Part shown: positions 1-8,124 of the stretch, one piece after another
How positions within the stretch are numbered: the stretch's first letter is position 1
Layout: each line of letters opens with the position of its first letter
Assembly: GCA_963699725.1 (NCBI GenBank)
Contig: CAVOVA010000001.1
Location: forward strand, 5,836-69,835
Reading direction: 5' to 3'
DNA from: an uncultured Thermoleophilia bacterium
Lineage (GTDB): Bacteria; Actinomycetota; Thermoleophilia; UBA2241
Length of the DNA stretch: 64,000 nucleotides
The notes under the pieces: generated by a model
What the model saw: only the letters and a program-made list of their open reading frames with translations
Databases searched by the model: none
Told to the model about the DNA's origin: nothing
Position numbers and translations under genes: made by a program

Positions 1-714
1 GGCGGCCGCGACGACCGCCCCGACGTCGAGGGGCTTGACGGTGTGGACGTGCACCAGGTGCACCGAGACGCCCTCGGCGGCGAGTAGCTCGGCGGCCTCC
101 ACGGCGCGGCCGACCATGATGCCCGTGGTGAGCACCGTCACGTCGGTGCCCTCGCGCACCAGGACGGCGCGGCCGATCTCGAACGGGTCGCTCTCGGCGA
201 ACACCACGGGGCTGGGATCACGTGTCGCCCGAAGGTACACGGGGCCCTCCCAGGCGGCGACGGCGTGCACGGCCTTGCCCATCTCGACGCCGTCGCCGGG
301 CGACACCACGGTCATGTTGGGCATGGACCGCATGAGGGCGACGTCCTCGATCGCCTGGTGCGTCTTGCCGGTCTTGCCGGCGAGCAGGCCGCTGTAGGCG
401 CCGGCGATCTTGACCGGCAGGCCCGGCTGAGCGATCGAGACGCGGATCTGGTCGGCGGCGCGCAGCGTCGCGAACACGGCGAAGGAGTTGGTGAAGGGCA
501 CGAAGCCCATCGCCGCGAGACCGGCGGCGGCGCCGGTCATGTTGGCCTCGGCGACGCCCATCTGGAAGAACCGCCGCGGGTACGCTTCGGCGAACAGGAT
601 CATCTTGCTCGACGAGGCAAGGTCGGCGTCGAGGCAGACGACGCGCTCGTCACGCGCGCCCAGCTCGACCAGCGCCTTGCCGAAGGCGTCGCGCTGTGCC
701 ATCAGCTCCGTCAT
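1..714 (-). CDS. Transketolase, C-terminal (pyrimidine-binding) subunit; 3' end cut by window edge
   Basis: Absent from the ORF track because it has no stop inside the window. My translation of the minus strand from ATG 712-714 gives MTELMAQRDAFGKALVELGARDERVVCLDADLASSSKM...FFQMGVAEANMTGAAAGLAAMGF...MRSMPNMTVVSPGDG. ATGA start/stop overlap with the upstream N-terminal subunit gene. Confidence 0.85.
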   Translation of the reverse strand, partial: MTELMAQRDAFGKALVELGARDERVVCLDADLASSSKMILFAEAYPRRFFQMGVAEANMTGAAAGLAAMGFVPFTNSFAVFATLRAADQIRVSIAQPGLPVKIAGAYSGLLAGKTGKTHQAIEDVALMRSMPNMTVVSPGDGVEMGKAVHAVAAWEGPVYLRATRDPSPVVFAESDPFEIGRAVLVREGTDVTVLTTGIMVGRAVEAAELLAAEGVSVHLVHVHTVKPLDVGAVVAAA

Positions 715-1553
715 CCGCCCTCCTCGCCGGCGCACAGCTCAGACAGCGCCCGATCGGCCAGGTCCTGCGAGATGGGTGCGGCGTGCCAGGCGCAGGTGTC
801 CTCCATGAAGGACACTCCCTTGCCCTTGACGGTATGGGCGACGATGACGCTGGGCCGGTCGCCGTCCTCTCGCGCCGCTTCGCAGGCCTCGGCCACGGCG
901 GTCGCGTCGTGGCCGTCCACCTCGGACACGAGCCAGTTGAAGGCGCGCCATTTGTCCGCGATGGGGTCGACCGGCATGACCGCACAGGTGTCGCCCATCA
1001 GCTGGATGCGGTTGTCGTCGACGATGGCGATGAGGTTGCCCAGCTCGAACTTGGGCGCCGCCATGGCGGCCTCCCACACCTGACCTTCCTGAAGCTCGCC
1101 GTCGCCGAGGAGCACGAAGATGCTCGTCTCGTCCAGGCCCCTGAGGCGCGCGCCGAGCGCCATGCCGAGTCCTGACGAGAGCCCCTGGCCGAGCGACCCG
1201 GAACTCATGTCCACGCCAGGGCAGTGCATGTCGGGGTGGGCCTGCAACAGTGAGTCCAACTCGTCGTAGGTCTCGAGCAGGGTCGTGGGGAAGTACCCGC
1301 GAAGGGCGAGAGCCGCGTAGTAGGCCGCCGCCGCGTGCCCCTTGGAGAGCACGAAGCGGTCGCGGCCGTCCCACTCGGGGTCCGCCGGATCGATGCGCAG
1401 GACGCGGAAGAACAGCGCAGTCAGGATCTCCACCGCACTCAGCGAGCCGCCGGGATGGCCGGCCTGGGCGCGGCACAGCGTTGCGACGATCAGCTTGCGC
1501 AGGTGGTTCGCGGTCTCCTGCAGGTCGGCCGCCGGGAGGGAGGATTCAGGCAA
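711..1553 (-). CDS. Transketolase, N-terminal (thiamine-diphosphate-binding) subunit
   Basis: ORF 711-1739. GHPGGSLS and GDGELQEG ThDP motifs. Start placed at TTG 1553, with GAGGAG 7 nt upstream; ATG 1592 is the alternative. Confidence 0.85.
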   Translation of the reverse strand: MPESSLPAADLQETANHLRKLIVATLCRAQAGHPGGSLSAVEILTALFFRVLRIDPADPEWDGRDRFVLSKGHAAAAYYAALALRGYFPTTLLETYDELDSLLQAHPDMHCPGVDMSSGSLGQGLSSGLGMALGARLRGLDETSIFVLLGDGELQEGQVWEAAMAAPKFELGNLIAIVDDNRIQLMGDTCAVMPVDPIADKWRAFNWLVSEVDGHDATAVAEACEAAREDGDRPSVIVAHTVKGKGVSFMEDTCAWHAAPISQDLADRALSELCAGEEGG

Positions 1554-1766
1554 TGAAGATCTCCTCGGTGTTCCGTAGAACGGAACAAGCATCCGAATGG
1601 TGGAATAGTCTGCATGATAGTCCCCTCGCGTGAGAAAGCAAGTGTTGGGGAATCTCGCGGGCCGACGGTCCAAGGCGCCCGCGCCGGAGAGGGCGCCGCG
1701 GCCTACGCGGCCGGGACAGGTCCACCCAGTGTCCCGCAAGCCGACCTGACATCAGCCCGGAACGCG

Positions 1767-2315
1767 ATGTTGGAGCCCCGCGGGTTCGAGAATGGCTTCT
1801 CGCCCGCCTGGGTGACCCAGCTCCTGCAGAACACCATGTTTCCCTCCTACGTCCTCTTCGTGAAGAGCCCGGGCCGCCTCCAGCCCGCCCTCGACCAGGC
1901 CATGTACCTGCGGGAGCACATGGTGCCGCTGCTGGTCGCCTCGGACGTGCATGATCTGAAGCTCGCACACGAGACGAAGAACATGCTGCTCAACGCCGAG
2001 ATGAAGCTGCGCGCCTCGCTGTTCCGCTCCGAGAGCCGGGGAACGCACTACCACGAGGACCGCCCGGCCCGCGACGACAAGAAGTGGCCTGCCTGGGTGC
2101 TGCTGCAGCGTGGAGACACGGGAGACATGAACCTGCGCAAACAGGCGATCCCGGCGGCGTGGAAAGCCGACCTGAGCACGTCATACACGACCCGCTACGC
2201 GCAGCGATTCCCGGGTGAGCTCGCGTATCTCGGTCTCGAGCAGGAAGGAAGGCGCCAATGGCTGTTCAGCAAGCCGACCACCGCCGCTGCATCGGCTGCA
2301 AGATCCGCCACGTGA
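1767..2315 (+). pseudogene. C-terminal fragment of an SdhA/FrdA/AprA-type FAD flavoprotein (N-terminal FAD domain missing)
   Basis: Only the C-terminal helical-domain signature is present (LNAEMKLRASLFRSESRGTHYHEDRPARDD). There is no room for a ~400-aa FAD domain before the divergent transketolase gene. The tail overlaps the next gene by 58 nt. Confidence 0.45.
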
Positions 2316-2479
2316 CCTGCCCGGCCGATGTGTTCCGCATCGAGTCCGGGACCGGGCGAGCGATCGCCAAGTATGCTACGGAGTGTCAGATCTGTCGCAG
2401 GTGTGAGAGCTTGTGCCCCGTCGGCGCTTCGTCCATCACGTCCGGCAGGTACATGCCGGACGTGACCTGCTGGGGGTAG
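2258..2479 (+). CDS. Small 4Fe-4S ferredoxin-domain protein
   Basis: 73 aa. One canonical CQICRRCESLCP group plus a degenerate CIGC...CP group. GGAAGGAAGG RBS just upstream of the ATG. Confidence 0.6.
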   Translation: MAVQQADHRRCIGCKIRHVTCPADVFRIESGTGRAIAKYATECQICRRCESLCPVGASSITSGRYMPDVTCWG

Positions 2480-2521
2480 CCGCCAGGAGGCTCAGGGGCG
2501 TCCGTCTCATCTCAAGGAGGA

Positions 2522-3217
2522 GTGCCAAACGTGGACTACGAGAGTCTCATGCGCGTCATCGGCAGCAGGCGCAGCTCCTGGCACTTCCGGTCAGACCCGG
2601 TACCCGACGCCGACATCGAGAGGATCGTCGACGCCGCCAGATACGCGCCCTCCGGGTTCAACAGCCAGCTCTGGGAGTTCGTGGTGATCACGGACCCGGG
2701 GCTGCGGAGCAGCGTCGTCGACATCGTGGCAGAGTCGGTGCCGCGGCCCCCGGCGGGGCGGGACTCGGCCCCGGCGCCGCGAGGCGAAGGCAGGATCCCG
2801 GTCAAGGACCCGTTGGGGTTCAGGACGGCCCCGGTGTTCATCCTCGTGCTCGGCGACACGAGAGTGAGACCGTTCGGCCCTCCTCCAGTGCGGGCGAACG
2901 ACAAGGCCTGGCATACCGTGTTCACGAGCACGCTCGCGGTGGCATACGAGCATATGCACCTGGCCGCCGCCGCTCTGGGGCTGGCGACGAGGTGGGTGTC
3001 GGCCGCGGGTGGCGCTCCGACTGCCTCGGCGATCCAGGGAGTGCTCGGCATCCCGGACGAACTCATGTTGTACGACATGATGGCGCTCGGCTTCTCGGAC
3101 TTCGAGCCCCTTCCCAAGAAGCTGCGGCCCCTCTCCGAGGTCCTCCACTACAATGCGTGCGGTAGCGGCGAGTTCCGGTCGCAGGCCGAGATCGAGGAGT
3201 ACTTCGCCGGGCGATGA
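2522..3217 (+). CDS. Nitroreductase-family protein
   Basis: 231 aa. RRSSWHF and RYAPSGFNSQLWEF blocks typical of the nitroreductase fold. AAGGAGG RBS before the GTG start. Confidence 0.8.
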   Translation: MPNVDYESLMRVIGSRRSSWHFRSDPVPDADIERIVDAARYAPSGFNSQLWEFVVITDPGLRSSVVDIVAESVPRPPAGRDSAPAPRGEGRIPVKDPLGFRTAPVFILVLGDTRVRPFGPPPVRANDKAWHTVFTSTLAVAYEHMHLAAAALGLATRWVSAAGGAPTASAIQGVLGIPDELMLYDMMALGFSDFEPLPKKLRPLSEVLHYNACGSGEFRSQAEIEEYFAGR

Positions 3218-3245
3218 CCGCGGCCCCGCGCGCGTGACCATCGGC

Positions 3246-3279
3246 GAGAGGGGCCGGGCCTTGCGGCCCGGCCCCTCTC
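3246..3279 (+). terminator. Perfect 15-bp GC-rich hairpin (loop TTGC) after the nitroreductase gene
   Basis: GAGAGGGGCCGGGCC-TTGC-GGCCCGGCCCCTCTC lies between convergent genes. There is no clear U-tract. Confidence 0.45.
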
Positions 3280-3320
3280 GGCTGCTCTACCAGAGGCACC
3301 GTCCGGCGCCCGAAGCACAC

Positions 3321-3352
3321 AAGGGCCCGGCTCCCAAAGGAGCCGGGCCCTT
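3321..3352 (-). terminator. Perfect 14-bp hairpin (loop CAAA) after the beta-subunit gene
   Basis: AAGGGCCCGGCTCC-CAAA-GGAGCCGGGCCCTT, located 17 nt downstream of the minus-strand stop at 3369. Confidence 0.45.
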
Positions 3353-3368
3353 CCCCCGATACTTCGGG

Positions 3369-4199
3369 TCAGGCCTTCCAGACCGCGATGTCGCCGACGT
3401 TGATGTCCTTGCTCGCGTCGACCGGGCCCATCTTCTGCGGCAGGTAGCCGTCTTTCTCGACGAGCACCGTGTACTCACCGGGCTCCACGTCGCGCAGCCA
3501 GAAGTCGCCGTAGCTGTCGGTGACGGCCTCGTACACTTTGCCGTTACCGACCTTCATGGCCTTGACCCTGGCGCCCTCGGTGCACTCGTCCACCTCAGGC
3601 TCGAACACGGCGCCGGCGATGAACGGCCTGGGCAGGCCGATGTAGTAGACCCGCGGCTTGACGTCGAGCTCCGGCTTGAGCGGCTCGGCCTTGACCACCA
3701 GTTCCTTGATCGCCGGGTCGTCCTCGTCGCCGAACGTGAACGCCCCGGTCGGGCAGGCGTCCACGCAGCGCGGCTCGGTCCAGCCGTCGTCCAGGAGGTG
3801 CGCGCAGAACGTGCACTTCTGGGCGATGTTCAGCGAGTCGTTGAAGTAGATGACGTCCTCGTACGGACACGCCTCGAGGCACAGCTGGTTGCCGCGACAG
3901 CGGTCGGGGTCGATGATCACGGCCCCGTCGTCGCGGCGGTAGATCGCCTCGACGTTGCAGGCCGGGATGCACGGCGCGTCGTCGCAGTGCTGGCAGATGC
4001 TGTGCATGTAGGTGACCTTGACCTTGGGCACCTGGCCGCGCTCGAGGTCGGTGATCTTGTTCCAGAACTGCCCCGTGTCCGGCTGGGGCTTCGCGATGGG
4101 CGACCAGTCGTTGCCGACGTGCTCGTCCTTGCAGGCCACCTGGCAGTTGTAGCAGCCGTTGCAGATGTTGAGATCGATGACGAGGACCTTGCCCATCAC
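3369..4199 (-). CDS. Fe-S beta subunit of a DMSO-reductase-family enzyme with a C-terminal beta-sandwich extension (BthL / resorcinol-hydroxylase small-subunit-like, divergent paralog)
   Basis: 276 aa. Cys groups CNGCYNCQVAC, CQHCDDAPCIPAC, CRGNQLCLEACP and CTFCAHLLDDGWTEPRCVDACP, followed by a ~90-aa non-Cys tail. GTGATG overlap with the alpha-subunit stop. Confidence 0.8.
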   Translation of the reverse strand: MMGKVLVIDLNICNGCYNCQVACKDEHVGNDWSPIAKPQPDTGQFWNKITDLERGQVPKVKVTYMHSICQHCDDAPCIPACNVEAIYRRDDGAVIIDPDRCRGNQLCLEACPYEDVIYFNDSLNIAQKCTFCAHLLDDGWTEPRCVDACPTGAFTFGDEDDPAIKELVVKAEPLKPELDVKPRVYYIGLPRPFIAGAVFEPEVDECTEGARVKAMKVGNGKVYEAVTDSYGDFWLRDVEPGEYTVLVEKDGYLPQKMGPVDASKDINVGDIAVWKA

Positions 4200-6793
4200 G
4201 CCCTCCCCCAGATGCAGGCTTCCAAGCCGGGACCGGCACAGGGGTGGAACGGCTTCTCGAACGCTTCCGGATACTTGGCCTTGAGCTCTTCCATGTCGGT
4301 CTTCTCACAGTCGGCGAGGAAGCCGCTCACGGCGTGACCCACGGCGTTCTTGGAGGTGGTACCGCGGGGCACGATGGTGTTGATCGCGCCGCCGCGGTCG
4401 ATCTCGCCGGGGACGATGGGGTCCCACTTGGCGCCGTGGTCGATGTAGATCACGCCGGGCATGATGCGCTCGGTGATGTACGCGCCGGCGAGCACGACGC
4501 CGCGGTCGTTGAAGATGCTGACCACATCGCCGTCCTTGATGCCACGCTTCTCGGCCTCGGACGGGTGGAGCCAGATCGGGTGGTACTGGTAGCCGTCGGG
4601 ACCGGTGACCTTGCAGGTCTTGATCTCGCGCAGCCAGGTGATGTCCTCGTGCTGGCTGTGGACGCTCCAGCGCGGGTGGTTGGAGCACACGAGCAGCGGA
4701 TACCGCTTGGAGCGCTCCGTACCGATGGTCTCCTCGTGCGTGACGCCCTGGGCGACCCACTTGGGCACCGGCGGCCGCTCGAGGTCGTTGGGGAAGTGCT
4801 CGACCAGGCCCGACGCCTCGAACTCGAGCTTGCCGGTCGGGGTGCTGAGCGGGTACTTCTCCGGGTCTTTGTAGAAGTTGTAGAAGCCGGCCGGCACCTC
4901 CTCCCAGCCGTTGTCGGTCGGGACCGCGTAGTAGCCCTTCTCATTGAGCTCTTCCCAGCTGATGAGGTCCTCACAGCGCGAGGTCTCGTAGCCGTACTTG
5001 ATGAGCTCGGGGATGGTCTTGCCGCCGGTGTACTCCTCCTTGAGGCCGAGGCGCTCGGAGAGCATGACGGCGATCTCGTAGTCGCTGTAGCTCTCACCGA
5101 GCGGCTCGATGCACTTCTGCTCGGGGAAGAGCAGGTTGTACTGGCCGCTGAAGATGTCGCCGGCGATGTCGTCCTCTTCGAGCTTGGTGTTCACGGGGAG
5201 GATGATGTCGGCCATCAGGCAGTCGTTCTCGAGCCAGGGGTGCTGGGCGAACATGAACTCGATGTCCGGGTGGCGCATGGCCTTGACGTAGTCGTTGCCG
5301 GCGTTCCAGCAGGTGATCCAGCTCGGCGAGTCGGTCCACACCATGTGGATCCTGGAGCAGCCATCGGCCGGGTACTTGTAGTGCTCGAACTGGTTGACGC
5401 GGTCGGCGGTCTCGGACTCGCAGCCCCACCAGTCGCACTCGCCCTCGAGGATGGCCTTGGGCACGTACGTCTTGGGCAGGAACGACGGGTGGTTGGACTC
5501 GTCCGGGTGACCGCCCGTGTAGGCCTTGCGCAGGTACGGCACGCGCAGCGGCTTGGGCTGGGCGTACTGGTCGGGCTTGTCGAACAGGCCCCACTCGATC
5601 ATCTTGGCCTGGTTCTGACCCGGCTTGCCCAGGCCCTGCATGGCGAGGCAGATGCCCTGCAGGCGGGCCGGTTCGGTGGCGTACGGGCCGCGGATGCCGG
5701 GGCCGCCGTTGCCGATGACGACCGTCGTGCGCTTGCTCGCCCACTCGTCGGCGAGGGCCTTGATGACGCGCGCTTTGACGCCGCAGATGGGCTCCGCCCA
5801 CTCCGGCGATTTCTCGACGCCGTCCTCTTCGCCCATGACGTAGGCCTCGTACTTGTCGACGCCCACGGCGTGCGTGGCGAGGTACTCCTTGTCGTAGGTG
5901 CCCTTCTTGAACCAGCGGTGCGTGATCGCCAGGTAGAGCGCGGCGTCGGTGTTGGGGAGCACCGGGATCCAGCGGTCGGCGTGCACGGCGGCGGCGTAGT
6001 TGAGGTCGGGGCACACGTAGATCTGCTTGATGCCGATCTCGCTCCACCAGTAGCTCAGGCGGCTCGGGAGCTGGCCCTGCCAGCCCCACGGGGTCGTCTC
6101 CTGGTCGCAGCCCCAGAACAGCAGCAGCTCGGCGTTCTTGGAGATGTCCCAGAGCAGGTTGCTCTGCTGGCCCTGGCCGACGGGCTCGCAGCCCCAGAAG
6201 TGCTTGTTGCCCCACCACCAGCCTTCCCAGCTGTCCGGCTGGCGGATCTGGAGGGTGAAGCCGCCCCACGCGCGCAGCAGCTTGCGGCCGGCGCCGTGGC
6301 AGGCCTGGACGACCTTGTTCTCGCCGTGCTGGTCGCACTGGTAGAGCAGGGCCGTGGGGCCGTACTTCTCCTTGATGCGCCGCATCTCGCTGGTGACGAC
6401 GTCCAGCGCCTCGTCCCAGGAGATGCGCTTGTACTTGCTGACGCCGCGGTTCTGCGGGTTGCGCTCACCGTTCGGATCGAAGTCGACGCGCATCATCGGG
6501 TAGCGGATGCGCGCGGGGGAGTAGACACGCTTCTTGTAGGCGATGCTGTACGGTGGGATCAAGGTCTTCATGCTGGGTTCGAACGTGCTGCCGCGCACCT
6601 CGAACTTCCAGGGGTTCAGGTCCGCCTTCTTGTACTTCCAGTCGTAGTGCATCGGACGGATGCGGACGATCCTGCCGTCCTTGACGTCCACCATCGATGC
6701 ATTGGAGCCGTTCTCCGGGACGCCGCAGAAACTGATGTCTCTGATGAGCGTCTTCTCGCCGGAGGCTCCGGATGTCGTTCTGTCTTCCGCCAT
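4196..6793 (-). CDS. Molybdopterin (bis-MGD) oxidoreductase large subunit, transhydroxylase / resorcinol-hydroxylase-like (divergent paralog)
   Basis: ORF 4196-6868. Start set at ATG 6793 (GGAGG 7 nt upstream). Shares blocks with the 37695-40298 protein: DGRIVRIRPM, NPQNRGVSKY..ISWDEALD, PDSWEGWWWG, KCIEPLGESYSDYEI and NHPRWSVHSQ. No twin-arginine signal and no N-terminal Fe-S Cys motif. Confidence 0.8.
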   Translation of the reverse strand: MAEDRTTSGASGEKTLIRDISFCGVPENGSNASMVDVKDGRIVRIRPMHYDWKYKKADLNPWKFEVRGSTFEPSMKTLIPPYSIAYKKRVYSPARIRYPMMRVDFDPNGERNPQNRGVSKYKRISWDEALDVVTSEMRRIKEKYGPTALLYQCDQHGENKVVQACHGAGRKLLRAWGGFTLQIRQPDSWEGWWWGNKHFWGCEPVGQGQQSNLLWDISKNAELLLFWGCDQETTPWGWQGQLPSRLSYWWSEIGIKQIYVCPDLNYAAAVHADRWIPVLPNTDAALYLAITHRWFKKGTYDKEYLATHAVGVDKYEAYVMGEEDGVEKSPEWAEPICGVKARVIKALADEWASKRTTVVIGNGGPGIRGPYATEPARLQGICLAMQGLGKPGQNQAKMIEWGLFDKPDQYAQPKPLRVPYLRKAYTGGHPDESNHPSFLPKTYVPKAILEGECDWWGCESETADRVNQFEHYKYPADGCSRIHMVWTDSPSWITCWNAGNDYVKAMRHPDIEFMFAQHPWLENDCLMADIILPVNTKLEEDDIAGDIFSGQYNLLFPEQKCIEPLGESYSDYEIAVMLSERLGLKEEYTGGKTIPELIKYGYETSRCEDLISWEELNEKGYYAVPTDNGWEEVPAGFYNFYKDPEKYPLSTPTGKLEFEASGLVEHFPNDLERPPVPKWVAQGVTHEETIGTERSKRYPLLVCSNHPRWSVHSQHEDITWLREIKTCKVTGPDGYQYHPIWLHPSEAEKRGIKDGDVVSIFNDRGVVLAGAYITERIMPGVIYIDHGAKWDPIVPGEIDRGGAINTIVPRGTTSKNAVGHAVSGFLADCEKTDMEELKAKYPEAFEKPFHPCAGPGLEACIWGRA

Positions 6794-6865
6794 ACTCTGA
6801 CCTCCGCTCGTCGATGGCCCGGCCGCCGCGGGGCTGGAACGGGAGCCTCCGCGGGACGTTGTCCG

Positions 6866-6925
6866 CAATGCGGATTAGCACGACCGCATCACGGGCATGT
6901 TCCATCGCCCGGAGCTCAGTGTCAA
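6866..6925 (-). promoter_or_regulatory. Candidate promoter (-35 TTGACA) plus palindrome ATGCGG-N10-CCGCAT upstream of the alpha1/beta1 operon
   Basis: The minus strand reads TTGACAC-N..-CCCGTGATGCGGTCGTGCTAATCCGCATTGCGG. The same layout occurs at 37560-37616. Confidence 0.4.
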
Positions 6926-6966
6926 GTGTCCGCGGCGCGGCCGGCGGCGGGGCGCGCCAGGCGCCG

Positions 6967-8046
6967 TCACGCCGGCCCCGGGGCCTGCGGTCCGGGGCCA
7001 GCGGAGTCCCCCTCGAGCCCCAGCAGGTAGTCGCCCGGACGGCTGCCCACCACCAGGCGCGTCGTCTCCCGTCCGTCGCGCCAGATCGCGCGTTCCAGCG
7101 CGCCGTACGCGCGGACCATCTGGCCGAACCGGGCCTGTTCGGCGAAGCGTCCGCGATACGAGATCACTTCACGTACGTCCTCGGCGCGGGCGCCGTCGAG
7201 CGACCGCACTTCATCGAGCGAGTAGCGGCAGGGGGTGAACAACGCGTCGCGGTCGTCGGTCACTCGCGCCTCCACCAGCGCCATGCCTGCCGGCGCGAAG
7301 CGTGGGTCGCCGTAGCGCTCCGGCACCTCGGCCGGCAGCTTGACGAAACGGATGAAATAGGGCCGGCCGGCGAAGCGGCCCTCGTTGACCTTGCGCGCCT
7401 GCAGCCGGACGAAATCGGCGGCGGAGAGCGGCGTGTCTTCGCGGTGTACGGCGTGGATCGCCTCGAGTTCCTCGTCCCGGGGGCGCGCCAGCCCGGACGA
7501 GGGATCCTCCAGCAGGCGCGTGAGCGTCGCGTGCACCCTGCGGCCGTCCTGGTCGCCGTACACGACGAGGTCGATGTCCGACGCCGGCGCGTGGAGGCCG
7601 AAGAGCAGAGAGCCCGTCAGGCCGAAGGCGGCCGGCGACGCACCGGCGGCGTCGCGCAGGAGTTCAGCGAACGCGAGGGCATCTGCCTCGAGCGAGTCGA
7701 CGGGCCCGTCCACGCGGAGGCGCCGCAGCCGCTCGCGGGGGTCGTAGACGCGCACGATCTCCTTCCACGGCACGGCCTCCACCGGGACGCCGAGCTCCGG
7801 ATCCTCGACGCGGTAGGAGAGGTTGCGCGCGCGCAGCGCTTCCTGCTGCTCCGCGACGCTGTAGACGCGGCGAAACCGGTCTCGTCCGCGCGCGCGCTCT
7901 CCGCGGGGATCGAGCACGTACCGCAGGTAGGCGACGACGCGGTCGGGGGGGTGTATCACCCCCTTGACGGTGAACAGCAGGCCGTCGGCGGTCTCGACGG
8001 CGGCGCCTTCTACCGCCGATCCGCGCCACTTCTCGTCCGCGGACAT
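6967..8046 (-). CDS. Pol-beta-superfamily nucleotidyltransferase-domain protein, function unknown
   Basis: ORF 6967-8052. ATG 8046 has GAGGAG 6 nt upstream. GLTGSLLFGLHAPASDIDLVVYG matches the G[SG]-x9-13-DxD NTase motif. N-terminal LLFTVKGVIHPPDRVVAYLRY resembles archaeal predicted nucleotidyltransferases, from memory only. Confidence 0.55.
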   Translation of the reverse strand: MSADEKWRGSAVEGAAVETADGLLFTVKGVIHPPDRVVAYLRYVLDPRGERARGRDRFRRVYSVAEQQEALRARNLSYRVEDPELGVPVEAVPWKEIVRVYDPRERLRRLRVDGPVDSLEADALAFAELLRDAAGASPAAFGLTGSLLFGLHAPASDIDLVVYGDQDGRRVHATLTRLLEDPSSGLARPRDEELEAIHAVHREDTPLSAADFVRLQARKVNEGRFAGRPYFIRFVKLPAEVPERYGDPRFAPAGMALVEARVTDDRDALFTPCRYSLDEVRSLDGARAEDVREVISYRGRFAEQARFGQMVRAYGALERAIWRDGRETTRLVVGSRPGDYLLGLEGDSAGPGPQAPGPA

Positions 8047-8124
8047 TCTCAACTCCTCGCTTGTGTGGTCGCCCGAGGCGCGTGTACGCTGGCGGGCGTC
8101 GAAGAGAGGCGAGTGACGGTCGGC

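Noticed and set aside
4244-7030. 928-aa plus-strand ORF, the longest in this region.
   Set aside because: It lies antisense to the well-supported alpha1 gene. Its product is Ala/Gly/Arg/Val/Leu/Asp-rich low-complexity sequence with no motif, which is the typical shadow ORF of high-GC DNA.
6772-8124. N-terminal 450 aa of the 687-aa plus-strand ORF that ends as mfnB.
   Set aside because: Only the last 236 aa (from ATG 8125) resemble MfnB. The upstream part is antisense to alpha1 and the NTase gene and is low-complexity.
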